Source: Candidatus Udaeobacter sp.
Lineage (GTDB): Bacteria; Patescibacteriota; Patescibacteriia; Magasanikbacterales; GWA2-37-8
Direction: 5' to 3'
Length of the DNA stretch: 39,733 nucleotides
NCBI GenBank assembly: GCA_035473115.1
Contig: DATION010000007.1
Span: forward strand, 1-39,733
The stretch's first letter is position 1. Each line of letters starts with the position of its first letter. The notes under the pieces are model-generated. The model ran no database searches, had not been told where the DNA came from, and worked only from the letters and a program-made list of their open reading frames with translations. Shown in pieces: positions 7,589 to 17,158 of the stretch. The translations under genes and the position numbers were made by a program.

Positions 7589-9664
7589 CTAGTCCAGACT
7601 TTCCAGCCATTTCAGCAAGGCAGGTAAGTATTTGTACTGCCCCGGTGTTTTATAGCCATGGCCTTCACCAGGCAGAATTAGGCATACGACCTGTTTGCCC
7701 ATGGCAATAGCTTTGTAGCAGAAGTTAAGTGTCTCGTCAGTCGGAACCCTATTATCGGATCCTCCTGCGTCGAGAAACAGCGGAACGCTCAGCAGATCAA
7801 TGTGGTTTATCGGAGATCGGTCGTTCCACTTGTCGATGATTTCCTTCGGCCACTTGTCCGGATCTTTGTCTAGATCCGCAAATTTCATAAGGTCCTTGTA
7901 CCAGAGTCGAATGTTTCCGTTCTTGAGGGCGTTGATGAGATCAGAAATTCCAAAATCACTCCACCCGAACCCAAACTGGAAACTTTCGGTTATGCCGTCG
8001 ACCTGGCCTGGGAAGGTTAACGCGCGTAAGGTGTCATAACCCCCGCGGCTACCCCCGAACACTCCGATCTGTTTGTTTGGTACCTTGAGGTAATTAGCCA
8101 GCCATTTCCCGGCCTTCAGTGCATCAAGCGTTTCCATTCCTCCCAAATCACCATATCCCATAGTCTGGAATTTGATGCCAAAGTCTGTGGTACCTCTTGG
8201 AGCCGGACTCATTACATAATATCCGGCAGCGCACAGAATTTGGAAGTAGGTATTCCATCTGTTGAACCCACCGTAAAACGATAGGACCATGCCTTTTTTG
8301 TTGGCGCCGGTCTGTGGGTTTTTGGGAGAAAGGAGGTAGGCATGGAGTTGACCGTTTTTTTCTCCTTCGACTTCAGGCCTGTTCTCGCTTTTTGAGTCGG
8401 AAGCATCGAAGCTTACTTTTTGATAAGTACATTGCCGGAGTTGGTTTAGTAACTCCGGCGGATATCCACCGCGGTCAAAGACTTTGATCTGGCCGTCAGT
8501 GATGACAGCTTCTCGTTGGGTAAATGGATCATCCAGAGCACTTGTATAGAACCCAATTCTGCTCCCGCCGTAGTCGTCAATAGTAACTGTTCCAGCAAAT
8601 TCCTTGCTATCTACAACCTTGCCGTTTGTCCAGTCGATAGACATCAGGCTAGTCCGGAGAGGATTTCCCTCCAGGCCAATCACATATACCTTGCCGCTAG
8701 GTTGGCGGATAGCTATGGCGTCTTTCATGTTTTTGCCAGGTGGAGAAACCAGCCTGGTTTTACCACTCGTGAGGTCATATGCGTACACCAGAGTCTCGTC
8801 TGTATCCTCATCCGTAGCGAATAAAAAGTGAGACGCATCAGGCCACTCGTTGAGTGGATACATGTCGATCCGCTTTTTACTGGTATCACTAAGAACTCTC
8901 GGTTCTCCGCTGCCGTCCAAGGGAATGTAGATCAGGTTGTTTCTCTGACGGTCACTGTTAGCCACGAACTGAACTACGAGAGCTTTTCCATCAGGACGCC
9001 AAGCTGGTCCACCCCAGGTTAGTTTCATACTGGGAGGTGAGTCGCGGTACACAACCCGTTCGCTGTAGTTACTTAAGTCTAGAATATAAATAGCTCCTGA
9101 TGAAGCTTCGTCTTTGGCAGAGCGGCCAGTGTACACCAGAGATCGACGGTCCGGACTTACAGTCAAGCCGTATACGTAATACACACCCTCGCCGGTAATC
9201 TTACGCTCTTCTCCCGTTTTGAGGTCGAGAGCATAAAGTACTTTGTTCTCATCATTGACCTGGTCGGCCAACATGATGATCTCTCCGGGACGTTGCGGAT
9301 TACAGAATGCTCCGCCAAAGTTCCGTTTGGCAAAGTCGCGCGGAGAAATAATCCTCCCCTTGCTGAAATCGACCCGCTCTTCGCTGCGCGGATCGAATTT
9401 CACCATCATCAGCCGTTCTTGTTCTCCCTTGAGTTTGTAAAACATGGCTCCACAACCGATGTCCACGATTGGAGCGGTGTAGGGCCAGCCCTCGAGGTAG
9501 GCGGTGAGGTTGATCTCCCTGTTTCCTTTGAAATGGAAGATTTTATCCGGCGGCTTTCCTGTTGCTGCCGTGCTGGCAGTCGATTGCACTGGGTGGATGG
9601 AGCAGGCGGAAGCTAGCCCCAATACCCCTAACAACAACACTAACGCAAAATTCACTTTTCTCAT
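7589..9664 (-). CDS. S9 (prolyl oligopeptidase family) serine peptidase lipoprotein with a TolB-like beta-propeller
   Basis: ATG 9664 after AGGAGG; lipobox LASAC; GGSRGG nucleophile elbow, DNRV and GEGH triad motifs; SPDR/RPDG propeller repeats. Confidence 0.88.
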   Translation of the reverse strand: MRKVNFALVLLLGVLGLASACSIHPVQSTASTAATGKPPDKIFHFKGNREINLTAYLEGWPYTAPIVDIGCGAMFYKLKGEQERLMMVKFDPRSEERVDFSKGRIISPRDFAKRNFGGAFCNPQRPGEIIMLADQVNDENKVLYALDLKTGEERKITGEGVYYVYGLTVSPDRRSLVYTGRSAKDEASSGAIYILDLSNYSERVVYRDSPPSMKLTWGGPAWRPDGKALVVQFVANSDRQRNNLIYIPLDGSGEPRVLSDTSKKRIDMYPLNEWPDASHFLFATDEDTDETLVYAYDLTSGKTRLVSPPGKNMKDAIAIRQPSGKVYVIGLEGNPLRTSLMSIDWTNGKVVDSKEFAGTVTIDDYGGSRIGFYTSALDDPFTQREAVITDGQIKVFDRGGYPPELLNQLRQCTYQKVSFDASDSKSENRPEVEGEKNGQLHAYLLSPKNPQTGANKKGMVLSFYGGFNRWNTYFQILCAAGYYVMSPAPRGTTDFGIKFQTMGYGDLGGMETLDALKAGKWLANYLKVPNKQIGVFGGSRGGYDTLRALTFPGQVDGITESFQFGFGWSDFGISDLINALKNGNIRLWYKDLMKFADLDKDPDKWPKEIIDKWNDRSPINHIDLLSVPLFLDAGGSDNRVPTDETLNFCYKAIAMGKQVVCLILPGEGHGYKTPGQYKYLPALLKWLESLD

Positions 9665-9902
9665 TGCGATCCCTCCTGGGACATGTGTTACGTGGACTCT
9701 CCACGCAGAAGAACTAGATAGAACATTTCTTTCCAGCCTCCTTATTAACTTCAACAAAGTAAATTAGTTAAAATTAAAAAGAAAGCCAGAAGCTGAAATT
9801 GATTGTAAAAGAACAACGTTTTACACTAGCAAAAATTAAGCTTTGTGTCAATGAAAATCATAATTAAAATTTTTAGGATAAATAATTTTTAACAAACTAA
9901 AT

Positions 9903-9920
9903 ACCGCCATCGCTGGCGGT
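9903..9920 (-). terminator. Terminator hairpin downstream of the 9935-10232 RNA candidate
   Basis: accgcca-tcgc-tggcggt; T-rich tail on the minus strand. Confidence 0.55.
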
Positions 9921-9934
9921 AGTTTGTTGGAAAA

Positions 9935-10232
9935 GGAGCCGGTGGGTTATGTCCGGCAAATTTGTCACAAAATTATTTTGGCACCAAGAAGTGCTCTCGG
10001 CTACCTGGCTCGGAAACACCCGCCCTTCGGCTCTCACTATGTGACCTACACCTTACACCTACATAATTTTGTGGAACAACCCGGTTGTGGCTCAATGGCC
10101 AAGCGTGAAGCTAGTGTTTAAGTCACCCAACTTGATCAGAGATCAGGTGACCGTGTCCCGACAGAATACGAGCATAAGATCGACAGGGCCGATCCCATCT
10201 TGTTGCTCGCAATCAGAACACAACTTCATGCT
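9935..10232 (-). ncRNA. Candidate ~300-nt structured ncRNA, family unknown
   Basis: GC-rich intergenic tract with nested helices (gtgttctga/tcgggacac, gcgagca/tgctcgt, gtcacc/ggtgac, gagcc/ggctc, cacaaaattat/ataattttgtg); G-U pairs favour the minus strand. Confidence 0.6.
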
Positions 10233-10362
10233 AGAAATAAGTTCAATGAATAGTCCGGTAAGTGTCAAGTTGTAAAATTTATAGTCAGATAAGAATGGTC
10301 TTTTATATTTTTTTAAAATGATATATAATATGCTGACTAAATTAAAGTTAAGCAAATAAATT

Positions 10363-10713
10363 ATGCAGGACATTCAAGAAATTTTTAATCGCATGCAGGA
10401 GATTAAAAAGAAACAAAAAGATATCCGCAGCGCCTATAAGGAAGCTTTAGAGGCTTCTTTGGAGTACAAAGAAATTAACGACAAAATTAAAACTTTGAGA
10501 GAAAGAAAAAAACAGATTGAAAATGTGACCAAGGAATCTTTTTCCGGAGAGTTTACTAAATTAGATGATCTAAAGATAGATTTGGAGTCAGACAGCGTGA
10601 TGCTGAGTGATATTGCTCTGAATAAATTAATGAAAGGGGAGACCGTTCAGGTGGTGGATGAATATAACAATAGTTACGAACCTCTGTTTACCGTAAAGTT
10701 CAAAAAAACTTAA
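10363..10713 (+). CDS. Hypothetical coiled-coil protein
   Basis: 116-aa charged helical ORF with host-like codon style. Confidence 0.8.
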   Translation: MQDIQEIFNRMQEIKKKQKDIRSAYKEALEASLEYKEINDKIKTLRERKKQIENVTKESFSGEFTKLDDLKIDLESDSVMLSDIALNKLMKGETVQVVDEYNNSYEPLFTVKFKKT

Positions 10714-10721
10714 TCAGTTGA

Positions 10722-11183
10722 TTATTTCTTTTTATTAATCCGCAGCAGCTCGTTTTGAATTCTGTTTAAGTTTGTCCGTTCTTTCATTATGGCAAGCTCT
10801 TTGTCGTCTGCTGAAGAAAGTCCGAGATGGTTGTGGATTTTATCGAGCATGTTGATTATTTTGGTAACTTCATTTTCGGCTTGAATATTTATTTGTAAAT
10901 CAATCTCTTCACGCAGTTCATCTATTTCATTGGATCTTTTTTGTGATATCAGAACAATGATGCTGAGAAAAATAGCTTCCAGAGAAACAATGGTAGTTAA
11001 AAGTCCGTAGGGGAACGGGTCAAATGGTTTTAAATTTGGAATTAAGCCGGCATTGATAATTAGCCAGCTAGGGAAAAAGATAAAGTGAAAAATAAGAAAC
11101 CAGATACTACCAAAATAACCGGTTAAGAAATCAGCCAAGCGGCCGGTAAAGGTTTTATTTTTTTCTAATTTTGTTCTAAACAT
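10722..11183 (-). CDS. DUF1003 membrane protein
   Basis: FDPFPYGLLTTIVSLEAIFLSIIVLISQ signature. Confidence 0.88.
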   Translation of the reverse strand: MFRTKLEKNKTFTGRLADFLTGYFGSIWFLIFHFIFFPSWLIINAGLIPNLKPFDPFPYGLLTTIVSLEAIFLSIIVLISQKRSNEIDELREEIDLQINIQAENEVTKIINMLDKIHNHLGLSSADDKELAIMKERTNLNRIQNELLRINKKK

Positions 11184-11286
11184 ATGATTATTAATTATAC
11201 CAGATTAATTTTAGTAGGCAAATTATCGGTAGTTTATTTCTTTATTTGGTATAAAAGTTGGCGGTGGATAACTTTTGCTAATTATC

Positions 11287-11315
11287 TTGACGCAAGATTA
11301 TATCAGGTATATGAT
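11287..11315 (+). promoter_or_regulatory. sigma70 promoter for the candidate sRNA
   Basis: TTGACG-17 nt-TATGAT. Confidence 0.75.
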
Positions 11316-11321
11316 AAAAAT

Positions 11322-11437
11322 ATCAGAGAACTTAGTTCGATGGTAAAAGTAGCGGACCCCACAGCCGCCATCAAACCTCAACTAAACTTCTCTCCCACCC
11401 AGCAAAAGACGAACTTCGGTTCGTCTCTTAATTTTTT
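11322..11437 (+). ncRNA. Candidate ~115-nt sRNA
   Basis: Own promoter; rod agagaa/ttctct, ttagtt/aactaa, gatgg/ccatc, gcgg/ccgc; terminator agacgaac-TTCG-gttcgtct plus T run. Confidence 0.65.
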
Positions 11438-11453
11438 ATATTAAAGTTTTTAT

Positions 11454-11489
11454 AAACAAAAAATTCCGAATAATCGGAATTTTTTGTTT
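11454..11489. terminator. Bidirectional terminator 3' of hup
   Basis: aaacaaaaaattccga-ataa-tcggaattttttgttt. Confidence 0.8.
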
Positions 11490-11500
11490 TCTATTTTTTT

Positions 11501-11776
11501 TTACTTCAATGCATCCTTTAAACCTTTACCTGCTTTAAATTTAGGTACGGTAACAGCTTTGATTTGGATTTTTTGAGAAGGATTTTGTGGGTTAACACCT
11601 TGACGCGCGGCGCGCATTTTGGCGGTGAAAGCTCCAAAGCCAGTCAAAACAACTTCCTCACCTTTTTTTAACTGTTCAGTAATAGTATCCAAGAGGGTGT
11701 TTAAGATTTCTTCAACTTTGCTCTTTGGTAGACTTACTTTTTCAGCTACGTGTTGAGCTAAATCTGCTTTGTTCAT
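11501..11776 (-). CDS. hup: HU family DNA-binding protein
   Basis: MNKADL..., LTGFGAF, RQGVNPQ, VPKFKAGKGLKD. Confidence 0.95.
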   Translation of the reverse strand: MNKADLAQHVAEKVSLPKSKVEEILNTLLDTITEQLKKGEEVVLTGFGAFTAKMRAARQGVNPQNPSQKIQIKAVTVPKFKAGKGLKDALK

Positions 11777-11992
11777 AGTTTCACCCCCTTTCCAATTTGG
11801 GATCTAGACATAGAATTAGAATGGTAAATTTCTCTAATCTTAGCCTCTATTATAACATGAGCCGATTTTTTTGCCTACACTAAGCAAAATTAGTTATCCC
11901 CAGAGCTTCACCATAACTTGAGTTATGGCTTCGCTCTGTAAACTAAATCTTTATAAGGTGAGGGAATTTATGGGGTGTAGCGCAGCGAAGCC

Positions 11993-13522
11993 CTATTTTG
12001 CGTATTCAACAACGCGAGTTTCGCGAATAATGGTAACGCGAATTTCTCCAGGATACTGTAATTCCTGTTCAATTTTGCGAGAGATATCTTTGGCTAATTG
12101 GAAAGCAGAATAGTCATCAATTTCATTTGGTTTAACAAAGACGCGCACTTCGCGGCCAGCTTGGATGGCATAAACTTTATCAATGCCTGGGAAGCTGCTG
12201 GCAGTTTTTTCCAAGTCTTCCAAACGGCCAACAAATTGTTCGTAACTATCTTTGCGAGCGCCGATTCTGGCTCCAGAAATTGCATCAGCTGCTTTGGCGA
12301 TAGTGGCATATATATTGTAGGCTTTGTCTTGGTGGTGGGTAAGCGCAGTTTGGCAGATATCTTCATCCATATTGAACTTTTTCAAGATCATATGGCCGAT
12401 TTCCGGGTGGGAACCTTGAGTTTCCTGGTCTACAGCTTTACCTATATCGTGGAAGAAGCCACATTTTTTGGCATGAGCAGCATTCAGTCCAAGTTCACTG
12501 GCAATAGTTGCGGCCAAGTAACCAGTTTCCATAGAATGCAAAAGTATATTTTGGCCATAGCTGGTGCGGTATTTTAAGCGACCAACAATGCCGACTAGTT
12601 TTGGATCAATTCCGGTAATACCCATTTTGTAGAGAGCTTCTTCGCCAGCTTTTTTAATATCCAAAGCCAGATCTTGTTTAGCTTTTTCCACAAATTCTTC
12701 AATGCGAGCCGGTTGAATGCGGCCATCAGCCATTAATTTTTCTAAAGCCAACTTGGCAATTTGGCGGCGGATAGGTGAGAAGCCAGAAACGATAATAGTA
12801 TCTGGAGTATCATCGATCACGATTTCACAGCCAGTTAATTTTTCAATAGTTTTAATATTGCGTCCTTCTTTTCCGATAATGCGTCCTTTCATATCTTCGC
12901 TAGTCAAATGGACAGCGGTCGAAGTGACTTCAGCGGCATGAGAAGAAGCGCAGCGCTGGATAGCGTCGGTGATCAGATCACGCGCTTTGGCATCATAGAC
13001 TTCAATTGATTCTTTTTCTAATTTCAAAACTCTAGCCATCAAGTCGCTCTTGCTTTGCTCCTCAACTCTTTTGAGCAATTCGTTTTTTGCTTCTTCTTTA
13101 TTTAGGCTGGCCAGTTCTTGCAGTTTAACTATTTCCTGGTCGCGCATCTTTTCTATTTCTTGTTTGACTTGCTGTACCTTGTTGGTCTGTTCCTGAAGTT
13201 TATTTTGATTATTTTGCAGCTCTAACAATTTTTGGTCGAACATGGCTTCGCGTCTTTCCAGTCTTTCTTGGACGGTATGCAGTTCTTGACGAACAGTTTT
13301 TTCTTCGCGCTTAGCTTCGTCAATTAATTGGGCAGCTTTTTCTTTGCCCTGCATAACGATTTCCTGCTGCTGATTTTTTGCTTCAATCAGCATTTTTTCT
13401 GCCTTGGCTTCAATGGAGTTAGCCTGGGCTTGCGCTATCTTTTTACGAAAAAAATAGCCTAAAGAAAAGCCTGCGCCGGCGCCGACTATAATGGCCAGTA
13501 TGGCCAAAAGGTAGTTGCTCAT
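11993..13522 (-). CDS. rny: Ribonuclease Y
   Basis: N-terminal TM, coiled coil, KH (GRIIGKEGRN), HD domain (YRTSYGQN..HS, FFHDIGK), C-terminal YAIQAGREVRV. Confidence 0.97.
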   Translation of the reverse strand: MSNYLLAILAIIVGAGAGFSLGYFFRKKIAQAQANSIEAKAEKMLIEAKNQQQEIVMQGKEKAAQLIDEAKREEKTVRQELHTVQERLERREAMFDQKLLELQNNQNKLQEQTNKVQQVKQEIEKMRDQEIVKLQELASLNKEEAKNELLKRVEEQSKSDLMARVLKLEKESIEVYDAKARDLITDAIQRCASSHAAEVTSTAVHLTSEDMKGRIIGKEGRNIKTIEKLTGCEIVIDDTPDTIIVSGFSPIRRQIAKLALEKLMADGRIQPARIEEFVEKAKQDLALDIKKAGEEALYKMGITGIDPKLVGIVGRLKYRTSYGQNILLHSMETGYLAATIASELGLNAAHAKKCGFFHDIGKAVDQETQGSHPEIGHMILKKFNMDEDICQTALTHHQDKAYNIYATIAKAADAISGARIGARKDSYEQFVGRLEDLEKTASSFPGIDKVYAIQAGREVRVFVKPNEIDDYSAFQLAKDISRKIEQELQYPGEIRVTIIRETRVVEYAK

Positions 13523-13829
13523 ATGTTTTTATTATTTTCGAGCCAGTGAGTGTTAGTGGCAACAGACGCGCCAAAAATATGGATAATTTTTAGTTATTAT
13601 CTGGCCAGTTTAAAGAAGAAGCTTGGCTATTGTTTATGAAGTTATGCTTATTTTAAAACGAAAAAATAGCTGTCCAGTTTAGGTGGAGGTTATCGTTTTT
13701 TGGAAGTTTTTGTCGTTTAGTTAGCATAATTTTGTAGCCAGTTTGGTCGTTTTCTGAATTTATTGGTAAAGTTGTCAGATTCTTCTTGGTAATTACTCAA
13801 AGATCGATTAATTAAATTAACTATTAATA

Positions 13830-13858
13830 CTGTATCAGCCGGAAAGTAATTTGTCAAG
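13830..13858 (-). promoter_or_regulatory. Likely rny promoter, implying a ~300-nt leader
   Basis: TTGACA-17 nt-TACAGT with a TG extended -10. Confidence 0.6.
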
Positions 13859-14006
13859 TTTACTTTTAGGGTGAGTGAGTTGTTAAAATTGGCTATTTTT
13901 GTCGTATTTTACCCGAATTAGGTTTGTAAATTACTCTTTTTAATGGTAATATACTAATTATTAACCTTGTTGGTTGTTTTTTGTAGTAATTTAATAAGCT
14001 TAATTT

Positions 14007-14927
14007 ATGTGGATTTTTGTCGCTTTAGTTGCTGATACCGTGCTGGCCGCAGTAGGGATAATAGATAAGCTGATTTTGACAAAATCTATTTCCAAGCCGA
14101 TCATTTTTGTTTTTTATTCCACCATTTTTTCTTTAGGCCTGCTTTTCTTGTTTCCTTTTGGCATTAAATTTCCGCAGGTTTGGTCGGATTATGCTATTTT
14201 TGCTGTGTCGGGCTTCTGCTTTGCTTTGGCTTTATGGACAATGTATATAGGTTTGCAAAAAAGCGAAGTTAGCCATCTTGGCCCGCTGATCGGCGCCACC
14301 ATGCCTTTTTTTATCTTATTTCTTAGCCGGATTTTTTTGGCAGAAAAACTTGGCACTTATGGTTTATTGGCCGCAGTGGTTTTAATGATCGGATCACTAA
14401 TAATTTCTTTTGATTTAAGGCAGAGCAAGTATGGCTGGTATGGAGCGATGGGTTGGGGAGTACTGGCCGGATTTTTGTTTGCCGTTTCCCATGTTACTGC
14501 CAAGTACTCTTATGATGTTTATGGTTTTTATAGCGGCTTTGTCTTAACAAAATTTCCTCTAGGTATTTTTGGGCTGGCTTTGCTTTTTTCTCCGGCTGTG
14601 CGCAGTCTGTTTGGCAAAAAACCTGCGCCGGAACAATCTGCAGACAAAACAACTGCTAATAAAAAAGGAGCTTATCTGGTCATTGGCAATATGGCTTTGG
14701 GTGTAATTGGCACTACTTTGGTGCAGTATGCGGCGGCGCTAGGAAGTGTTTCTCTGGTCAATGCTTTGGCCGGAGCCCAGTACGCGCTGCTGATTGTTTT
14801 TGTCGCTTTGATTTCCAAATTTTTTCCGAAAATTTTAAAAGAAACATTTACCAAAAAAGAGATAATTCAAAAAACAACCGCGGTGGCGGTCATTAGTTTA
14901 GGGTTGGTATTATTATTTATTAAATAA
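14007..14927 (+). CDS. EamA/DMT family transporter
   Basis: About 10 hydrophobic segments in two repeats; ...LSRIFLAEKL motif. Confidence 0.85.
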   Translation: MWIFVALVADTVLAAVGIIDKLILTKSISKPIIFVFYSTIFSLGLLFLFPFGIKFPQVWSDYAIFAVSGFCFALALWTMYIGLQKSEVSHLGPLIGATMPFFILFLSRIFLAEKLGTYGLLAAVVLMIGSLIISFDLRQSKYGWYGAMGWGVLAGFLFAVSHVTAKYSYDVYGFYSGFVLTKFPLGIFGLALLFSPAVRSLFGKKPAPEQSADKTTANKKGAYLVIGNMALGVIGTTLVQYAAALGSVSLVNALAGAQYALLIVFVALISKFFPKILKETFTKKEIIQKTTAVAVISLGLVLLFIK

Positions 14928-14941
14928 AGATTTTTTGCGGT

Positions 14942-15934
14942 ATGCCGATATTAAAAAAAATTTGGTCGATAATATTTGTCTTGGCTATATTGTTTGCTAT
15001 TTGGTGTGTAGTAGTTAAATTTTCCAATTATAAAAATATGATTTATGGCGTCAGTTTTAATCCGGAATATGGCAATTACCTTGGTTTGGATACCAAAAAA
15101 TCTTTCTTAAAGATTGTAGATAATTGGAATTTTAAATATATTCGCTTATCAGCCCAGTGGGATTTGATCGAAAAAGAAAAAGGTAAATATGATTGGACTG
15201 AGCTGGATTGGCTGATGAACGAAGCGGCCAAAAAAAATGTAAAAATAGTTTTGGCCGTCGGCAATAAGACGCCGCGCTGGCCAGAGTGTCATCCGCCAGC
15301 TTGGATTATAAAAAATAGTTATGCTGGCAGACGTGAACCACTGTTTGCTTTTATGGCTTCGGTAGTTAATCGTTATAAAAAACATCCGGCTTTAGAAATT
15401 TGGCAAGTGGAAAATGAGCCGTTTGTAAATTTTGGCGACTGTCTGCCGCTTTCTCAGAAAGAATTAATGGAAGAGGTAAATTTTGTTAAAGGTTTAGATC
15501 CTAATCATAAGACCCTAGTTACCGATAGCGGCGAATTAAGTTTTTGGTTCAACAGCGCCAAGGCGGGCGATTTGTTTGGTACTACTTTATATAGAGTAGT
15601 TTGGAATAAATATTTTGGTTATTTTAATTATGACTGGCTGATGCCGCCGCTTACTTATATTGCCAAGTTATGGCTTAATGGGCGGCATATTGATACTGCG
15701 TATGTAATGGAGCTGCAAGGCGAGCCGTGGATTCCCGACCGGCCGCTGACTGATACATCTTTGAACGAACAATTTAAATCAATGAGCTTGCAGAGGTTCA
15801 AGGATAACGTGGATTTTGCAGCCCGAACCGGTATGCCCCGAGCTTATCTGTGGGGAGCGGAGTGGTGGTTGTGGCTAGAAAACCAGAATGTGCATAATTT
15901 TTCAGATTATATTAAAACTTTAAATAAAGAATAG
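14942..15934 (+). CDS. Membrane-anchored clan GH-A glycoside hydrolase (GH5/GH42-like)
   Basis: IRLSAQWDLIE, YDWTELDW, WQVENEPF acid/base motif, MELQGEPW. Confidence 0.75.
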   Translation: MPILKKIWSIIFVLAILFAIWCVVVKFSNYKNMIYGVSFNPEYGNYLGLDTKKSFLKIVDNWNFKYIRLSAQWDLIEKEKGKYDWTELDWLMNEAAKKNVKIVLAVGNKTPRWPECHPPAWIIKNSYAGRREPLFAFMASVVNRYKKHPALEIWQVENEPFVNFGDCLPLSQKELMEEVNFVKGLDPNHKTLVTDSGELSFWFNSAKAGDLFGTTLYRVVWNKYFGYFNYDWLMPPLTYIAKLWLNGRHIDTAYVMELQGEPWIPDRPLTDTSLNEQFKSMSLQRFKDNVDFAARTGMPRAYLWGAEWWLWLENQNVHNFSDYIKTLNKE

Positions 15935-15950
15935 GGTATATTTATCTAGT

Positions 15951-17117
15951 ATGGAATATATTTCTCAATTTCAAAAACAGTTCCCATTGAGTCGGAAAAA
16001 GTTTTATAAGAAAATTGTAGCGAAGCTGCCGGCATTAGCCATAGTGTCTGTTTGTCTTCCTATGATTATTTACTCAATGAGTAGGGTTATTTTTTTGGTT
16101 ACAACTTTTAAGTTAAACAATATTCGGGCCGGCGGTTCAATTCCAGAGATCGGCTTGTCTCAGCTGCTTGATAAGTATATTTTTGGCGCTTTGTTGGGTT
16201 TATTAGTCTTGCTTATTATTTATGGTCTTTATATTAGCGCGTACATTAAAAGATATTATTATGATTCCACTGATTTTATCACTATAAAAAAAGGTGTTTT
16301 TACGCCAACAGAAATTCATGTTCAGTATAAAAAAATTCAGGATGTGTATGTTGATCAAGATTTATTGGATCGCTTTTTTGGCATATACGACGTGCATATT
16401 GCCAGCGCCACTTATACTTCTGGCATTGAAGCGCACATAGATGGAGTTGACACTCAAACTGCGGAAGCTCTAAAAAATTATATTTTAGCTAAAATACAGA
16501 ATGGCACGGACGCCGTATCTGCCGGAATAAACAATTCAGCAACTAGGGAGTTGGTAAAACCTGTAGATATAAATTTTAGCGAAGAAATTTCCAGCAATAC
16601 TTTTCCTATTGATGATAGATGGTATATGCAAGTAGTGTTCAGCGGCATTATCAGTTCAATAATTTTGACCATATTAATTGTTTTTGTAATTTTTGGCACA
16701 GTTTTTCTTCACTATTTTTCCTTAATAACTAATTTTATTGTTTGTTTTATTCTGTTTGCTGTTCTTTTAGCATGGCAAATAATTTATTCTGCAGCCTGGA
16801 AAGGAAAATTTTATTTTGCTTTCCAGCCGCAATTTATTATGCAAAAAACCGGAGTCATTACTTCTCAAGAAATACATTTGCCATATAAATCTATTCAGGA
16901 TGTGATAATTAATCAAAGTTTTTTCGAAAAAGTTTTTGGACTATGTACTGTTACAATACAAAATGCTGTTAATGCAAGTATGGTTAATGGGAAAGGCGGA
17001 GTTAGCTCGGGTAGTTCCGGGATGGTTCTTGTAGGCCAGCCTTTAGAAAAAGGGCAGAGACTGGTAGAGGAGTTAAACAAAGTTTTGGCGCTCAAGAATG
17101 ATTTAATGGGTCTGTAG
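15951..17117 (+). CDS. Membrane protein with two bacterial PH (bPH_2) domains
   Basis: Two TM-TM-PH modules with the repeated motif Y..IQDV...Q....FG. Confidence 0.8.
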   Translation: MEYISQFQKQFPLSRKKFYKKIVAKLPALAIVSVCLPMIIYSMSRVIFLVTTFKLNNIRAGGSIPEIGLSQLLDKYIFGALLGLLVLLIIYGLYISAYIKRYYYDSTDFITIKKGVFTPTEIHVQYKKIQDVYVDQDLLDRFFGIYDVHIASATYTSGIEAHIDGVDTQTAEALKNYILAKIQNGTDAVSAGINNSATRELVKPVDINFSEEISSNTFPIDDRWYMQVVFSGIISSIILTILIVFVIFGTVFLHYFSLITNFIVCFILFAVLLAWQIIYSAAWKGKFYFAFQPQFIMQKTGVITSQEIHLPYKSIQDVIINQSFFEKVFGLCTVTIQNAVNASMVNGKGGVSSGSSGMVLVGQPLEKGQRLVEELNKVLALKNDLMGL

Positions 17118-17158
17118 GGTTTATTTGGTCAGTTCGGTTTAATTTAAAATTATAACCT

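Noticed and set aside
9935-9960. tmRNA 3' end or RNase P CR-V resemblance (GGACAUAACCCACCGGCUCC)
   Set aside because: No T-arm (TTCGA), no CCA and no GGGG 5' end; the RNase P GAGGAAAGUC motif is absent
10143-10229. 28-aa ORF MKLCSDCEQQ... (minus) as a real microprotein
   Set aside because: No RBS, and its sequence is accounted for by long G-U-rich helices; not fully excluded
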